Source: an uncultured bacterium (GTDB taxonomy: Bacteria; Bdellovibrionota_G; JALEGL01; DATDPG01). Taken from it: 64,000 bases of DNA. The position numbers and the translations under genes were made by a program. Under the pieces are notes generated by a model, which made no database searches, was not told the origin of the DNA, and saw only the letters and a list, made by a program, of their open reading frames with translations. Positions 30,331-38,333 of the stretch are shown here, piece by piece. The stretch is taken from contig CAYNHQ010000005.1 in the NCBI GenBank assembly GCA_964397255.1, positions 5,103 to 69,102 on the forward strand, in the 5' to 3' direction. The first letter of the stretch is position 1, and each line of letters opens with the position of its first letter.

Positions 30331-30432
30331 CATTGTCATCGATGCGTCGGCGATGCGAGCTATCTTTGGTTGGCCCAAGAAATGGACGCGGATTTAGTTA
30401 CGCTTGATCGCGGATTGTTAAAGCTTATTTGA
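30320..30432 (+). pseudogene. vapC: PIN/VapC toxin with a large internal deletion and frameshift
   Basis: MKGDIVIDASA (PIN N-terminus) is joined out of frame to DASYLWLAQEMDADLVTLDRGL (PIN C-terminus). Confidence 0.75.
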
Positions 30433-31213
30433 TTCCGAACAATGATTTGGCGTTGATGGTGGTGGCGTGGGCGATGTCGGAGACCAAGAGGCCTTTGAGG
30501 GCGGCGATCGTTTCGGCGACGCGAACGACAAAGGCGGGTTCATTTCGTTTTCCACGGTGCGGTTCGGGAGCGAGAAAGGGCGCATCGGTTTCAATGAGCA
30601 TTCTTTCCAGGGGAACCACGCGGGCGGCTTCGCGAACATTTTCGGCTTTCTTGAACGTGATGATTCCGGAAAAGGAAATGTAGGCCCCCTCGGCCAAAAA
30701 TGCTTCCGCTTCTTTTGCCGTACCCGTAAAACAATGGAGAACTCCCCCCACCGTCCGGAATAGATTCCGATCCCGAACCAGGGAATAAGTGTCATCAAAT
30801 GCATCACGAGAATGAATTGACACCGGTTTTTTCATTTCCAGGGCAAGGTCGAGGAGGCATCCGAACACCTTTCGTTGTGTTTCCCGCGGCGAATGTTCGT
30901 AAAAATAATCGAGGCCGATTTCACCGATCGCAACCACTTTGGGCCGAGAAGCGATTTCACGTAAATAGTCCGGGGTCGCGTCATCCATTTTTGCCGCATC
31001 GTGGGGATGGACACCCGCCGCCATGAACATTCCATTGGTGGCTTGAGTCAGGCGATAGGCTCGCTCGATCTTTTCTTTCTCGGGCCCCAGAGCAATATTG
31101 ACAATGGTATCTACCGAGGCCTCTCGAGCGCATGAAATCACACCGTCGCGGTCGGCATCAAAAGGCTCCATATCCACATGGGCGTGGGAGTCGGTGAAAG
31201 ACAGATTAGGCAT
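30425..31213 (-). CDS. tatD: TatD family DNase
   Basis: DSHAH, GVHPH, AIGEIGLDY, IHSR, LHCF and LIETDAP. Confidence 0.96.
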   Translation of the reverse strand: MPNLSFTDSHAHVDMEPFDADRDGVISCAREASVDTIVNIALGPEKEKIERAYRLTQATNGMFMAAGVHPHDAAKMDDATPDYLREIASRPKVVAIGEIGLDYFYEHSPRETQRKVFGCLLDLALEMKKPVSIHSRDAFDDTYSLVRDRNLFRTVGGVLHCFTGTAKEAEAFLAEGAYISFSGIITFKKAENVREAARVVPLERMLIETDAPFLAPEPHRGKRNEPAFVVRVAETIAALKGLLVSDIAHATTINAKSLFGIK

Positions 31214-32015
31214 GTGAAGTGGATCGTAACGTGCCCAGTTCCGTCAGAAGATAGTCAAGCGAAAGGGCCACATTGGCATAACGGCGAAGAGTCTCTCGTT
31301 CCATAGCGAGAGCGAGATCGAACAAGCGATCGATTTCGACCCATTCGGAGGGAAGAGTCGCCGACTTCATTCGATCGCGAAGCCGCCGCTCGACCGTCTT
31401 AAAGAAATGGCGAAGGCCTAAAAGATCGTTTCCAATTTCGGCCGTGAGTTCAAAAACGGCCTCGGCCGAAAAGGACTCGCCTTGTAGAAGTTGTTCGAGC
31501 GAGGGGAGCCAATCGGGAGTGGCCACATCAGACGAAGCGGATTCCACTTCCGGAAAACGGATCAAACTCAGGCGCGAACGAAGAGTGGGAAGAAGACTTT
31601 CTGGAGTTCGGGCCGTCAAAACGAGTGTGGCATACGGCGGCGGTTCCTCGAGCGTCTTTAAAAGACTGTTGGAAGCAGCCGGATTGAGAAGCTCAGCCGA
31701 TTCAATGTGAGCCATTTTTCTCGGCGCTTCATGAGGAGCAATAAACAGCCAGCGCTGAAGATCGCGAATGGCCTCAATTTTTATTTCCTTTCCTTCGGTT
31801 TCAATTCGTCGGAAGTCGGGATGAATGGCGGAAGAAATTTTCTTGCAGGCGAGACAAATCCCGCAGGGTTTTTTCCCTGTGGCGGAGCAGAAAAGAAGGA
31901 GGGCGATTTCTTTCACCTCTCCACGAAGGAAGAGGGGATCGGGATGCACCAGAAGTAAAGAAGGAGAAAGCCGATCTTTCCGGCAAAGTTCAGCAATCCG
32001 TTCGGACGTCGTCAT
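31206..32015 (-). CDS. holB: DNA polymerase III delta-prime subunit
   Basis: PCGICLAC Zn motif, HPDF and ASNSLLKTLEEPP; lies in tmk-holB-tatD synteny. Confidence 0.9.
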   Translation of the reverse strand: MTTSERIAELCRKDRLSPSLLLVHPDPLFLRGEVKEIALLLFCSATGKKPCGICLACKKISSAIHPDFRRIETEGKEIKIEAIRDLQRWLFIAPHEAPRKMAHIESAELLNPAASNSLLKTLEEPPPYATLVLTARTPESLLPTLRSRLSLIRFPEVESASSDVATPDWLPSLEQLLQGESFSAEAVFELTAEIGNDLLGLRHFFKTVERRLRDRMKSATLPSEWVEIDRLFDLALAMERETLRRYANVALSLDYLLTELGTLRSTSHA

Positions 32016-32665
32016 GAGTTGGCCAATAAGAGGTCAATTCGGTGGACAATATCGCGCGTGATCATTTCTTCCTTCGCCGTACCATCCACCACAAAGAAAC
32101 GCTCCGGCTCTCTGCGCGCTAAATCGAGATAGGTTTCCCGCACTGCTTCATGAAAGGCCCGATCCTCACGCTCAAACCGGTCTTCCTTTTCTCCCCGAAA
32201 TCGCTCCATTCGAGCCAGGGCCCGCTTCAGCGCGGCCACAACCGGCATATCGAGAAGAATCGTCAAGTGAGGAACGAGGCCTGCGGCGGCTTTTCGGTTC
32301 ATCTGCTCGATCCACTCCTGATCCAATCCGCGGCCACCCCCCTGGTAAGCGATCGTTGCATCGGTAAACCGATCACAAAAAACCAAATCATTTTCGGCCA
32401 GCGCGGCGCGGAGAACATGTGACACATGCTGGGCGCGAGCCGCCTCCATCAAGAACAGTTCCGCCATCATGTCGACCGGCTCTTTTCGCGAGCGAAGAAG
32501 AAGGATACGAAGTTCATTTCCCAGCTCCGTTCCCCCCGGCTCACGTGTGGGAAAGACCTTTTTCCCTTTCAATTCGAAATGGCGGGCCACCAGTCGAATT
32601 TGCGTCGACTTTCCAGAGCCTTCCATCCCTTCAAACGTGATGAAATGGGCACGTCCGCTCTTCAT
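32012..32665 (-). CDS. tmk: Thymidylate kinase
   Basis: FITFEGMEGSGKSTQ, TREPGGT and CDRF..T.AYQGGGR. Start ATG 32665. Confidence 0.97.
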   Translation of the reverse strand: MKSGRAHFITFEGMEGSGKSTQIRLVARHFELKGKKVFPTREPGGTELGNELRILLLRSRKEPVDMMAELFLMEAARAQHVSHVLRAALAENDLVFCDRFTDATIAYQGGGRGLDQEWIEQMNRKAAAGLVPHLTILLDMPVVAALKRALARMERFRGEKEDRFEREDRAFHEAVRETYLDLARREPERFFVVDGTAKEEMITRDIVHRIDLLLANS

Positions 32666-32715
32666 AGAGGGTGGATCTTTACACGAATCGACTGAAATGA
32701 GGTAATTCCTATAAG

Positions 32716-33150
32716 GTGACCACCGCGAAGAAAAAGATCCTCTTTCTTTGCACAGGAAACTCGATCCGAAGTCAGATGGCCGAGGGCTATTTTCGGCTGT
32801 TGGCGGCCGACGAGTTTGATGTGCAAAGCGCCGGGGTGTCACCTGCCGGGATTCATCCGATGACGATGGTGGTCATGCGCGAAGACGGCGTTGACATTGC
32901 GGGGCAATGGTCAAAATCGGTTCAGGAAATTGACGCGAAAGACGTGGACCATCTCGTTACACTTTGTGGCTATGCACGAGAAAGGTGCCCCGCATTTCCT
33001 GAACATGTTACGAAGGAACATTGGCCTATAGAGGATCCAATTGCCGCCGTCGGCACGCCGGAGGAGAGATTGGAAAAATTCCGAGCCACACGAAATGAAC
33101 TGCGGGACCGGGTCAGGCAGTTAATTGAGCGACTACGAAACCAGAATTAA
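32716..33150 (+). CDS. arsC: Thioredoxin-coupled arsenate reductase / LMW-PTP family
   Basis: FLCTGNSIRSQMAE P-loop, TLCG..CP redox cysteines and HWPIEDP. Confidence 0.85.
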   Translation: MTTAKKKILFLCTGNSIRSQMAEGYFRLLAADEFDVQSAGVSPAGIHPMTMVVMREDGVDIAGQWSKSVQEIDAKDVDHLVTLCGYARERCPAFPEHVTKEHWPIEDPIAAVGTPEERLEKFRATRNELRDRVRQLIERLRNQN

Positions 33151-33275
33151 GATCCGAGAATCGACTTAAGCGAAGGCGTGGAACCTTTGTTTCGTAGCTT
33201 CCGCTTTCGAGAACGAGCGCTGGCGCGTCGTTTTCGCTTTCGAATCTTTTTTGTCCGACGATAAGGAGCGGCCAT
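33147..33275 (-). CDS. Small, highly basic protein (42 aa), not in the ORF track
   Basis: MAAPYRRTKKIRKRKRRASARSRKRKLRNKGSTPSLKSILGS*; AAGG 9 nt before ATG; fills the rlpA-arsC gap. Confidence 0.6.
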   Translation of the reverse strand: MAAPYRRTKKIRKRKRRASARSRKRKLRNKGSTPSLKSILGS

Positions 33276-33302
33276 AAGGGTTGGCCTTATAAGCGGTTTT
33301 AA

Positions 33303-33920
33303 TTATCGGCGCAAGATCAAAGCAGAGTAGCCGGCGGCCCGAAGTCGGTTGACGAGCTGGGTCACCTCGTCCTCGCTGGCGACAGGTCCCAACCACACCC
33401 GATGGAGGTTTTCCGCTTCCTCGATGCGGCAGGAAACGTTCGAGAACCGTCCACGCAAGTCCTGCCTGAGCCGGTCGGCATTCGCCGCTTCCTTAAACGA
33501 CCCCACCTGAACAAAATACGCTTCGTTGCTCGACTCTTTTCCGATGACCTCCAAGCGCACCTTTGCGGTGCCGCTTCCCAGCACGTTAATTTCACGTGCC
33601 GCCGTGAGGGAGAGATCGATAATTCTGCCTTTTACAAATGGACCCCGATCGTTCACCCGCACGGACGTCGCCTGTCCACTTGAAAGATTCGTGACTCGGA
33701 GCATTGTGCCGAAGGGAGCGCTCCGGTGCGCGGCGGTCAGGGCGTACATATTGTACGGTTCTCCCGACGCGGTTTTTTTGCCGTGGAAATCCTTCCCATA
33801 CCAGGACGCATAGCCAACCTGGGGAAACGATTCGCGCACCGACTCCACTCGAGTGCCGCAGGCAAGCATCCCGACAAGACAAAGAAGAAATGGAGCGACT
33901 TTTGTGAACTGGTACCGAAT
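33303..33920 (-). CDS. rlpA: Septal ring lytic transglycosylase RlpA (DPBB + SPOR lipoprotein)
   Basis: [34 protein letters not shown] and a SPOR domain (VQVGSF). The signal peptide needs a start upstream of ATG 33869; the only candidate is ATT 33920. Confidence 0.92.
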   Translation of the reverse strand: MRYQFTKVAPFLLCLVGMLACGTRVESVRESFPQVGYASWYGKDFHGKKTASGEPYNMYALTAAHRSAPFGTMLRVTNLSSGQATSVRVNDRGPFVKGRIIDLSLTAAREINVLGSGTAKVRLEVIGKESSNEAYFVQVGSFKEAANADRLRQDLRGRFSNVSCRIEEAENLHRVWLGPVASEDEVTQLVNRLRAAGYSALILRR

Positions 33921-33927
33921 TTGTTAG

Positions 33928-33956
33928 AACCTACTGGCGTACCTTTTCCAGGTCAA
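33928..33956 (-). promoter_or_regulatory. Sigma70 promoter of rlpA
   Basis: TTGACC-N17-TAGGTT-N7-ATT on the minus strand. Confidence 0.5.
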
Positions 33957-33976
33957 ACCGGAAGGCGCAAAGAAAC

Positions 33977-34402
33977 ATGAAAAAAGCCGATAACGTTCAC
34001 CGGGCGATTGCGAAGGCGGTTGATTTCTTAATCGTGGGCATCCTTTCCACGGTTCCATCGCTGGTGGGTGTGTTGGCGGGAGCGCTTTATATTTTGATTT
34101 CCGACGGATTTTTCGAGGGTCAAAGTGTGGGAAAAAAGCTGGTCGGCCTCCGCGTTTACACAGGCATGAAACGGGGTACTCCCACCTCCTGCACATTTCG
34201 TGAATCGATGGTTCGGAACCTTCCGTACGGTGTCGTCTTTGTCCTGGGGAGCATCCCGTTTCTGGGGTGGGTTTTATTTTTTACGGTGGGATTAGGAGTG
34301 ATTGGAATGGAAGCCTACTTCGCCTATTCGGACGACCAAGGGATTCGGATGGGAGATATCTTTGCCGACACACACGTCGTTGATGCCAAAAAAAATTCGT
34401 AA
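33977..34402 (+). CDS. RDD family membrane protein
   Basis: RAIAKAVDFL, GQSVGKKLVGLRV, RN, and RMGD..ADTHVV. Confidence 0.85.
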   Translation: MKKADNVHRAIAKAVDFLIVGILSTVPSLVGVLAGALYILISDGFFEGQSVGKKLVGLRVYTGMKRGTPTSCTFRESMVRNLPYGVVFVLGSIPFLGWVLFFTVGLGVIGMEAYFAYSDDQGIRMGDIFADTHVVDAKKNS

Positions 34403-35159
34403 TTCTTTCCTTGTTTGGACCGTGGCAATGCTTGCCGCCTGTGGACCCAAGCGCCCACCCTCTCCCATGAAGGATGAAAAGATTTTTTCCATCTCTACTC
34501 TCAACCTCGCTCTTTTTGATCCGGGGGTTGTCATTAATCGAAAAGGGCTTCGAGCTTGTGGGAATGAATTTCCCCACGTCAACGTACTCGAGGAAACTGA
34601 AGTCCACCGGGCCCTTCGCAATCATGGGTTTTCGCCCGAGGAACTTCTCTCGTTCGGTGACCGTTTTGATGCGTATTCGTCCTTTTCCGAATTTCATCTC
34701 CTTCTCATCCCATTTGAAAATAAGGGCCAAGCCTATCTTCGAATTGTCAATTTCTTGGGGAAATATGTCAGCACAGTGCTCCTCGACGTTCGTAATCCGA
34801 AATGCGTGGATCTCCTTCGCGCTCAGCGACTCGTGGTTGTCGACTCACAACCCCCCCTCGCCGACGTTCAGGTCGATGGAAGGGCCGTTGGCGAAGCACC
34901 GGTGTGGATTTGGTTGAAGGATGGCACCTACGAAGTGAAATGCGCTCTACCGGGGCAAATTTTTAAACCTATTTCAGTGGTGGTGCCAAAAGATGTGATG
35001 ACCATTTGCCAACGTGAAAATACGACGAGCAAGGCAGGGCCCGGTGATTCGGACGAGAAAATGACGGCAGAAGAGGGGGCCGGATCGGTACTCGTTTATA
35101 TTGTGGGAGCGGCAGCTACCGCGGCGGCGATTATCATCCCATTACTTTTTCTTTTTTAG
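34383..35159 (+). CDS. Lipoprotein with a PEGA domain and a C-terminal TM anchor
   Basis: Lipobox LAAC; PEGA-like VDSQPPLADVQVDGRAVGEAP..GTYEV; hydrophobic C-terminus. Start ATG 34383. Confidence 0.72.
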   Translation: MPKKIRNSFLVWTVAMLAACGPKRPPSPMKDEKIFSISTLNLALFDPGVVINRKGLRACGNEFPHVNVLEETEVHRALRNHGFSPEELLSFGDRFDAYSSFSEFHLLLIPFENKGQAYLRIVNFLGKYVSTVLLDVRNPKCVDLLRAQRLVVVDSQPPLADVQVDGRAVGEAPVWIWLKDGTYEVKCALPGQIFKPISVVVPKDVMTICQRENTTSKAGPGDSDEKMTAEEGAGSVLVYIVGAAATAAAIIIPLLFLF

Positions 35160-35172
35160 CGAAAGTTCGGGT

Positions 35173-35388
35173 ATGACCGCCACAATGGCGATGGCCGGAT
35201 ATGATCCGCGAGAAGCCGTCGCATTTTGGGAACGATTTTCAAAAGCAGTGGGTGGAGCGCCCCCGGCATTTCTTTCAGACCATCCTTCTTCTTCCTCGCG
35301 AATTTCAGACCTGAAAAGTAGACTTGCGCAGGTCCTTCCGCTCTACGAACGACTCCCACAAAAATTCGGTCTGGGGGAAAAAATTTAA
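35173..35388 (+). pseudogene. C-terminal remnant of an M48-family metalloprotease
   Basis: MAMAGYDPREAVAFWERF..PPAFLSDHPS..RI; no HExxH-bearing portion is present upstream. Confidence 0.7.
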
Positions 35389-36425
35389 GATATTTTTTTG
35401 CCGATCTGGTCGATTTCTATTGCAGTTTTTTTCAGAAACGAGGCCTTTTCATCTTCGGGCAGAAAGGCTCCTCGAAAGCCATTGAGTGCGATGGTTTTGA
35501 TTTGGTTCCACGTCAGATCAAAAGTTTTTGCAGCCCGGAGATATTCATCCGTCACACGAATACCGGTTAAAAGGCGATTGTCTGTATTGAGCGTGGCCTT
35601 CACACCATTTTTTAAGTAGCGGGGCAGAGGATGATCCTTCCACGAGGGAATCAGACTAATTTGAACGTTGCTTGAGGGACAGCATTCGACCGTAATCCCT
35701 TCCCTGGCGACGCGGGCCTCCAATTCGGGATCTTGATAGAGTGTTAACCCATGGCCGAGTCGTTCGGCAAAACAAAGATCTAACGCCTGTCGAATGCTTT
35801 GGGGACCATCGTCTTCTCCCGCATGCACCGTTCGATGAACTCCTCCTTTCTTCACAATTTCAAAGGCCTCGCGATGATTACCGGCCGGGTTGTTCCGTTC
35901 GGCATGAGCGAGATCAAAACCAACCACCCCTTCATTCTTAAGCGACACGGCGAGTTTCGCCATTTCAATGGATTCGGAGGGTTCAAAAATTCGAATGGCG
36001 CAGACAATCATATTGGTTCGAATCGGATATTTTTTTTCCGCACGAGCCAATCCTCTACGAATCGATCTCATCACGTCCGCGTCTGATAGGTTTCCGCTAT
36101 TCCGGTAGCCCGGGGCCATGCGAACCTCGAGGTAGCGAACATTTTCTTTCGCCGAGTCTTCCGCCAGCTCAAAAGCGATCCTTTCAATGGCATCTCCCCA
36201 CTGCATTACTGCGCAGGTGATATCGAAGGCTTTAAGGAAATTTTCGAGCGAAGAAACTCGTTCACCTAAAACGAGTCGTTTTTTTAATTCGTTGAGTGAG
36301 AGCGAACCGAAATCGAGACGATGCTTCTTGGCGATGTCGAGAATGGTTTCGGGTCGAATGGCTCCATCGAGATGGCAATGGAGATCAGTCTTGGGAAGTT
36401 TCTCAATGGCTTCCGCGAGCGTCAT
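35385..36425 (-). CDS. add: Adenosine deaminase
   Basis: LHCHLDG, YLEVR, GFDLA, HAGE, CPSSN and NTDN. Confidence 0.93.
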   Translation of the reverse strand: MTLAEAIEKLPKTDLHCHLDGAIRPETILDIAKKHRLDFGSLSLNELKKRLVLGERVSSLENFLKAFDITCAVMQWGDAIERIAFELAEDSAKENVRYLEVRMAPGYRNSGNLSDADVMRSIRRGLARAEKKYPIRTNMIVCAIRIFEPSESIEMAKLAVSLKNEGVVGFDLAHAERNNPAGNHREAFEIVKKGGVHRTVHAGEDDGPQSIRQALDLCFAERLGHGLTLYQDPELEARVAREGITVECCPSSNVQISLIPSWKDHPLPRYLKNGVKATLNTDNRLLTGIRVTDEYLRAAKTFDLTWNQIKTIALNGFRGAFLPEDEKASFLKKTAIEIDQIGKKIS

Positions 36426-36434
36426 GGCTCCGAA

Positions 36435-38207
36435 TTATAACGCCCGAATTTTTAGTTCAAACCCGGGATAGAGTTTTTCATCCGGCTCAATGTTGTTCCA
36501 TTGCGTTAAATCGCCAATCGATACTTTGTAGCGTTTGGCGATCGTCCAAAGCGATTCCCCGGGCTCCACTTTATGAACAGTCCAACCTCCCGCGCTTTTT
36601 GTGGTCTCCGGTTTGGGTTTGATTTTTGCCGCTTCGGGAGTTTCGTCGCCGCCGCGGTTGGCAGGTTCCAACATGGGTGGATCCGTTCGAGCTATGAGCC
36701 GCAATTTCTTTCCTGGGCGCAGGCCGGAATCACTTAAATTATTCCAGTGCCGAATTTCAGAAACGGAGACATTGAATCGGCGAGAAATGGACCAAAGCGT
36801 GTCTCCGCTTCGGACCCGGTAGGTCGAGGTCGGCTCTTCCTCGGACGCAAATTTCGAAAAGACGGGCTGTTTAGCGGCGGATTTCGTCGGCGGCCCTCCC
36901 CATATCGGAACCGCAAGTTGCATCCCGGAACGAATTCGAGGAGGAGAGGGAAGTCGGTTGAAGTCAGCCAGCGTCGCAGGATCGATGTGATAAAGCCGCG
37001 CAATGGACGCGATCGTTTCCCCTCGGCGAGCGACATGCCGACGGGCACCGTCAGCTGATTTTTTTCGAATTTCCGGATACGTCGCAAGAACCTTTGAAGC
37101 GTAGCCTTTGGGAACCTTCAACTCGTAATTCGGCATGTCGGGGGGAGTAATATCTCGGCGCAATTCAGGATTGAGTTCCAAAAGTTGATCATGTGAAACG
37201 CTGATCGTTTCGGCGATTGCGCGGAGTTCGGTCGCTTCGGGAATCGTCACCGTCTCATATTCGAGGGGAGTCTCATACTGAATGTCCGTGAAGCCGAAGC
37301 GTTTGGGATCTTTGGCAATAATCGCCGCGGCCAGCATTTTCGGAACATAATTCTTAGTTTCCGACCGGAGATATCGATATCGCGATTTTGAAAGTTCCCA
37401 AAAATCTTCCGTACTATATTTTCGAATGGCTTTGGTGATCTTTCCTGCTCCGGCATTGTAGCCGGCCGCGGCGAGATACCAGTGGCCAAATTGATCGTAG
37501 AGATCTTTCAAATGCTGTGCCGCCGCAATGGATGATTTTTCGGGATCTCTTCGTTCGTCGATCCACCAGTTGTAACGAAGGCCGTACAGTTTTCCGGTAC
37601 CTTTCATAAACTGCCAGGGGCCGCTCGCTTTCGCGCGCGAATACGCATAAGGCTTAAATCCGCTTTCAATCATCGATAGATAAACGAGGTCCTCAGGTAG
37701 GCCGTTTTCGCGCAGTATCCGTCGCATCATCGGAACGTAACGTCCCGATCGAGCAAGATATTCGACAAATTTATCCCTTCCTCTCGTTTGAAAATAAACG
37801 ATCCACTTTTCCATCATGTCATTGATTTCAACCGGCGAGCCGAAAAGGGTTTCGTTACTTTTATTAATTTCCCGCTCCGCTTCCTGGCCGATCACTTCCT
37901 CGTTTTCCTCGGGGCGTTCCGATTCCTGAGAAATCACTTCGTCGATTTGATTGCCGGTCGGACTTTCATCTATGGCGCTGTCGCTTAAGCTCTCGTAAAA
38001 GGGACTAACTTCGTTTTCAGGTCGAACCGGAGTCATCGTTTGTTTGGGGCGGGGGCTTCGAACGGCACAGCCGCTCGAATCGCTCAAAGTGCATAGGGCG
38101 CTCTTTTTGACGACGGCCTTCGGCGGGGTTTTCTGACAACCTGTGGCAACGAGAACGAGGGCAAATACAACCCCCAACGATCTAGTGGTGAGTTTTTCCA
38201 TCATCAT
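36435..38207 (-). CDS. mltD: Membrane-bound lytic murein transglycosylase with LysM repeats
   Basis: Lipobox ATGC; SLT motifs IESGF, GPWQFM, YNAG and ETKNYVPK; three LysM domains. Confidence 0.92.
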   Translation of the reverse strand: MMMEKLTTRSLGVVFALVLVATGCQKTPPKAVVKKSALCTLSDSSGCAVRSPRPKQTMTPVRPENEVSPFYESLSDSAIDESPTGNQIDEVISQESERPEENEEVIGQEAEREINKSNETLFGSPVEINDMMEKWIVYFQTRGRDKFVEYLARSGRYVPMMRRILRENGLPEDLVYLSMIESGFKPYAYSRAKASGPWQFMKGTGKLYGLRYNWWIDERRDPEKSSIAAAQHLKDLYDQFGHWYLAAAGYNAGAGKITKAIRKYSTEDFWELSKSRYRYLRSETKNYVPKMLAAAIIAKDPKRFGFTDIQYETPLEYETVTIPEATELRAIAETISVSHDQLLELNPELRRDITPPDMPNYELKVPKGYASKVLATYPEIRKKSADGARRHVARRGETIASIARLYHIDPATLADFNRLPSPPRIRSGMQLAVPIWGGPPTKSAAKQPVFSKFASEEEPTSTYRVRSGDTLWSISRRFNVSVSEIRHWNNLSDSGLRPGKKLRLIARTDPPMLEPANRGGDETPEAAKIKPKPETTKSAGGWTVHKVEPGESLWTIAKRYKVSIGDLTQWNNIEPDEKLYPGFELKIRAL

Positions 38208-38333
38208 GAATTCGCGGAATTAAACCGATGCGCCAGGTCCTAAGAATAGGATTGGAAGGGAGTGAAGTCAACGTGAATTGCCCCGAAAATCCGATGAGAA
38301 ACCTCTCCGAAATCGAGGGGTTATGTTATTTTT

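Noticed and set aside
32746-32775. ArsC P-loop CTGNSIR lacking the second Cys
   Set aside because: CX5R and the two distal redox cysteines are intact, which is within normal family variation.
33166-33396. 76-aa track ORF in the rlpA-arsC gap
   Set aside because: It overlaps the rlpA C-terminus, lacks an RBS and has no coherent composition. The 42-aa ORF in another frame fits the gap better.
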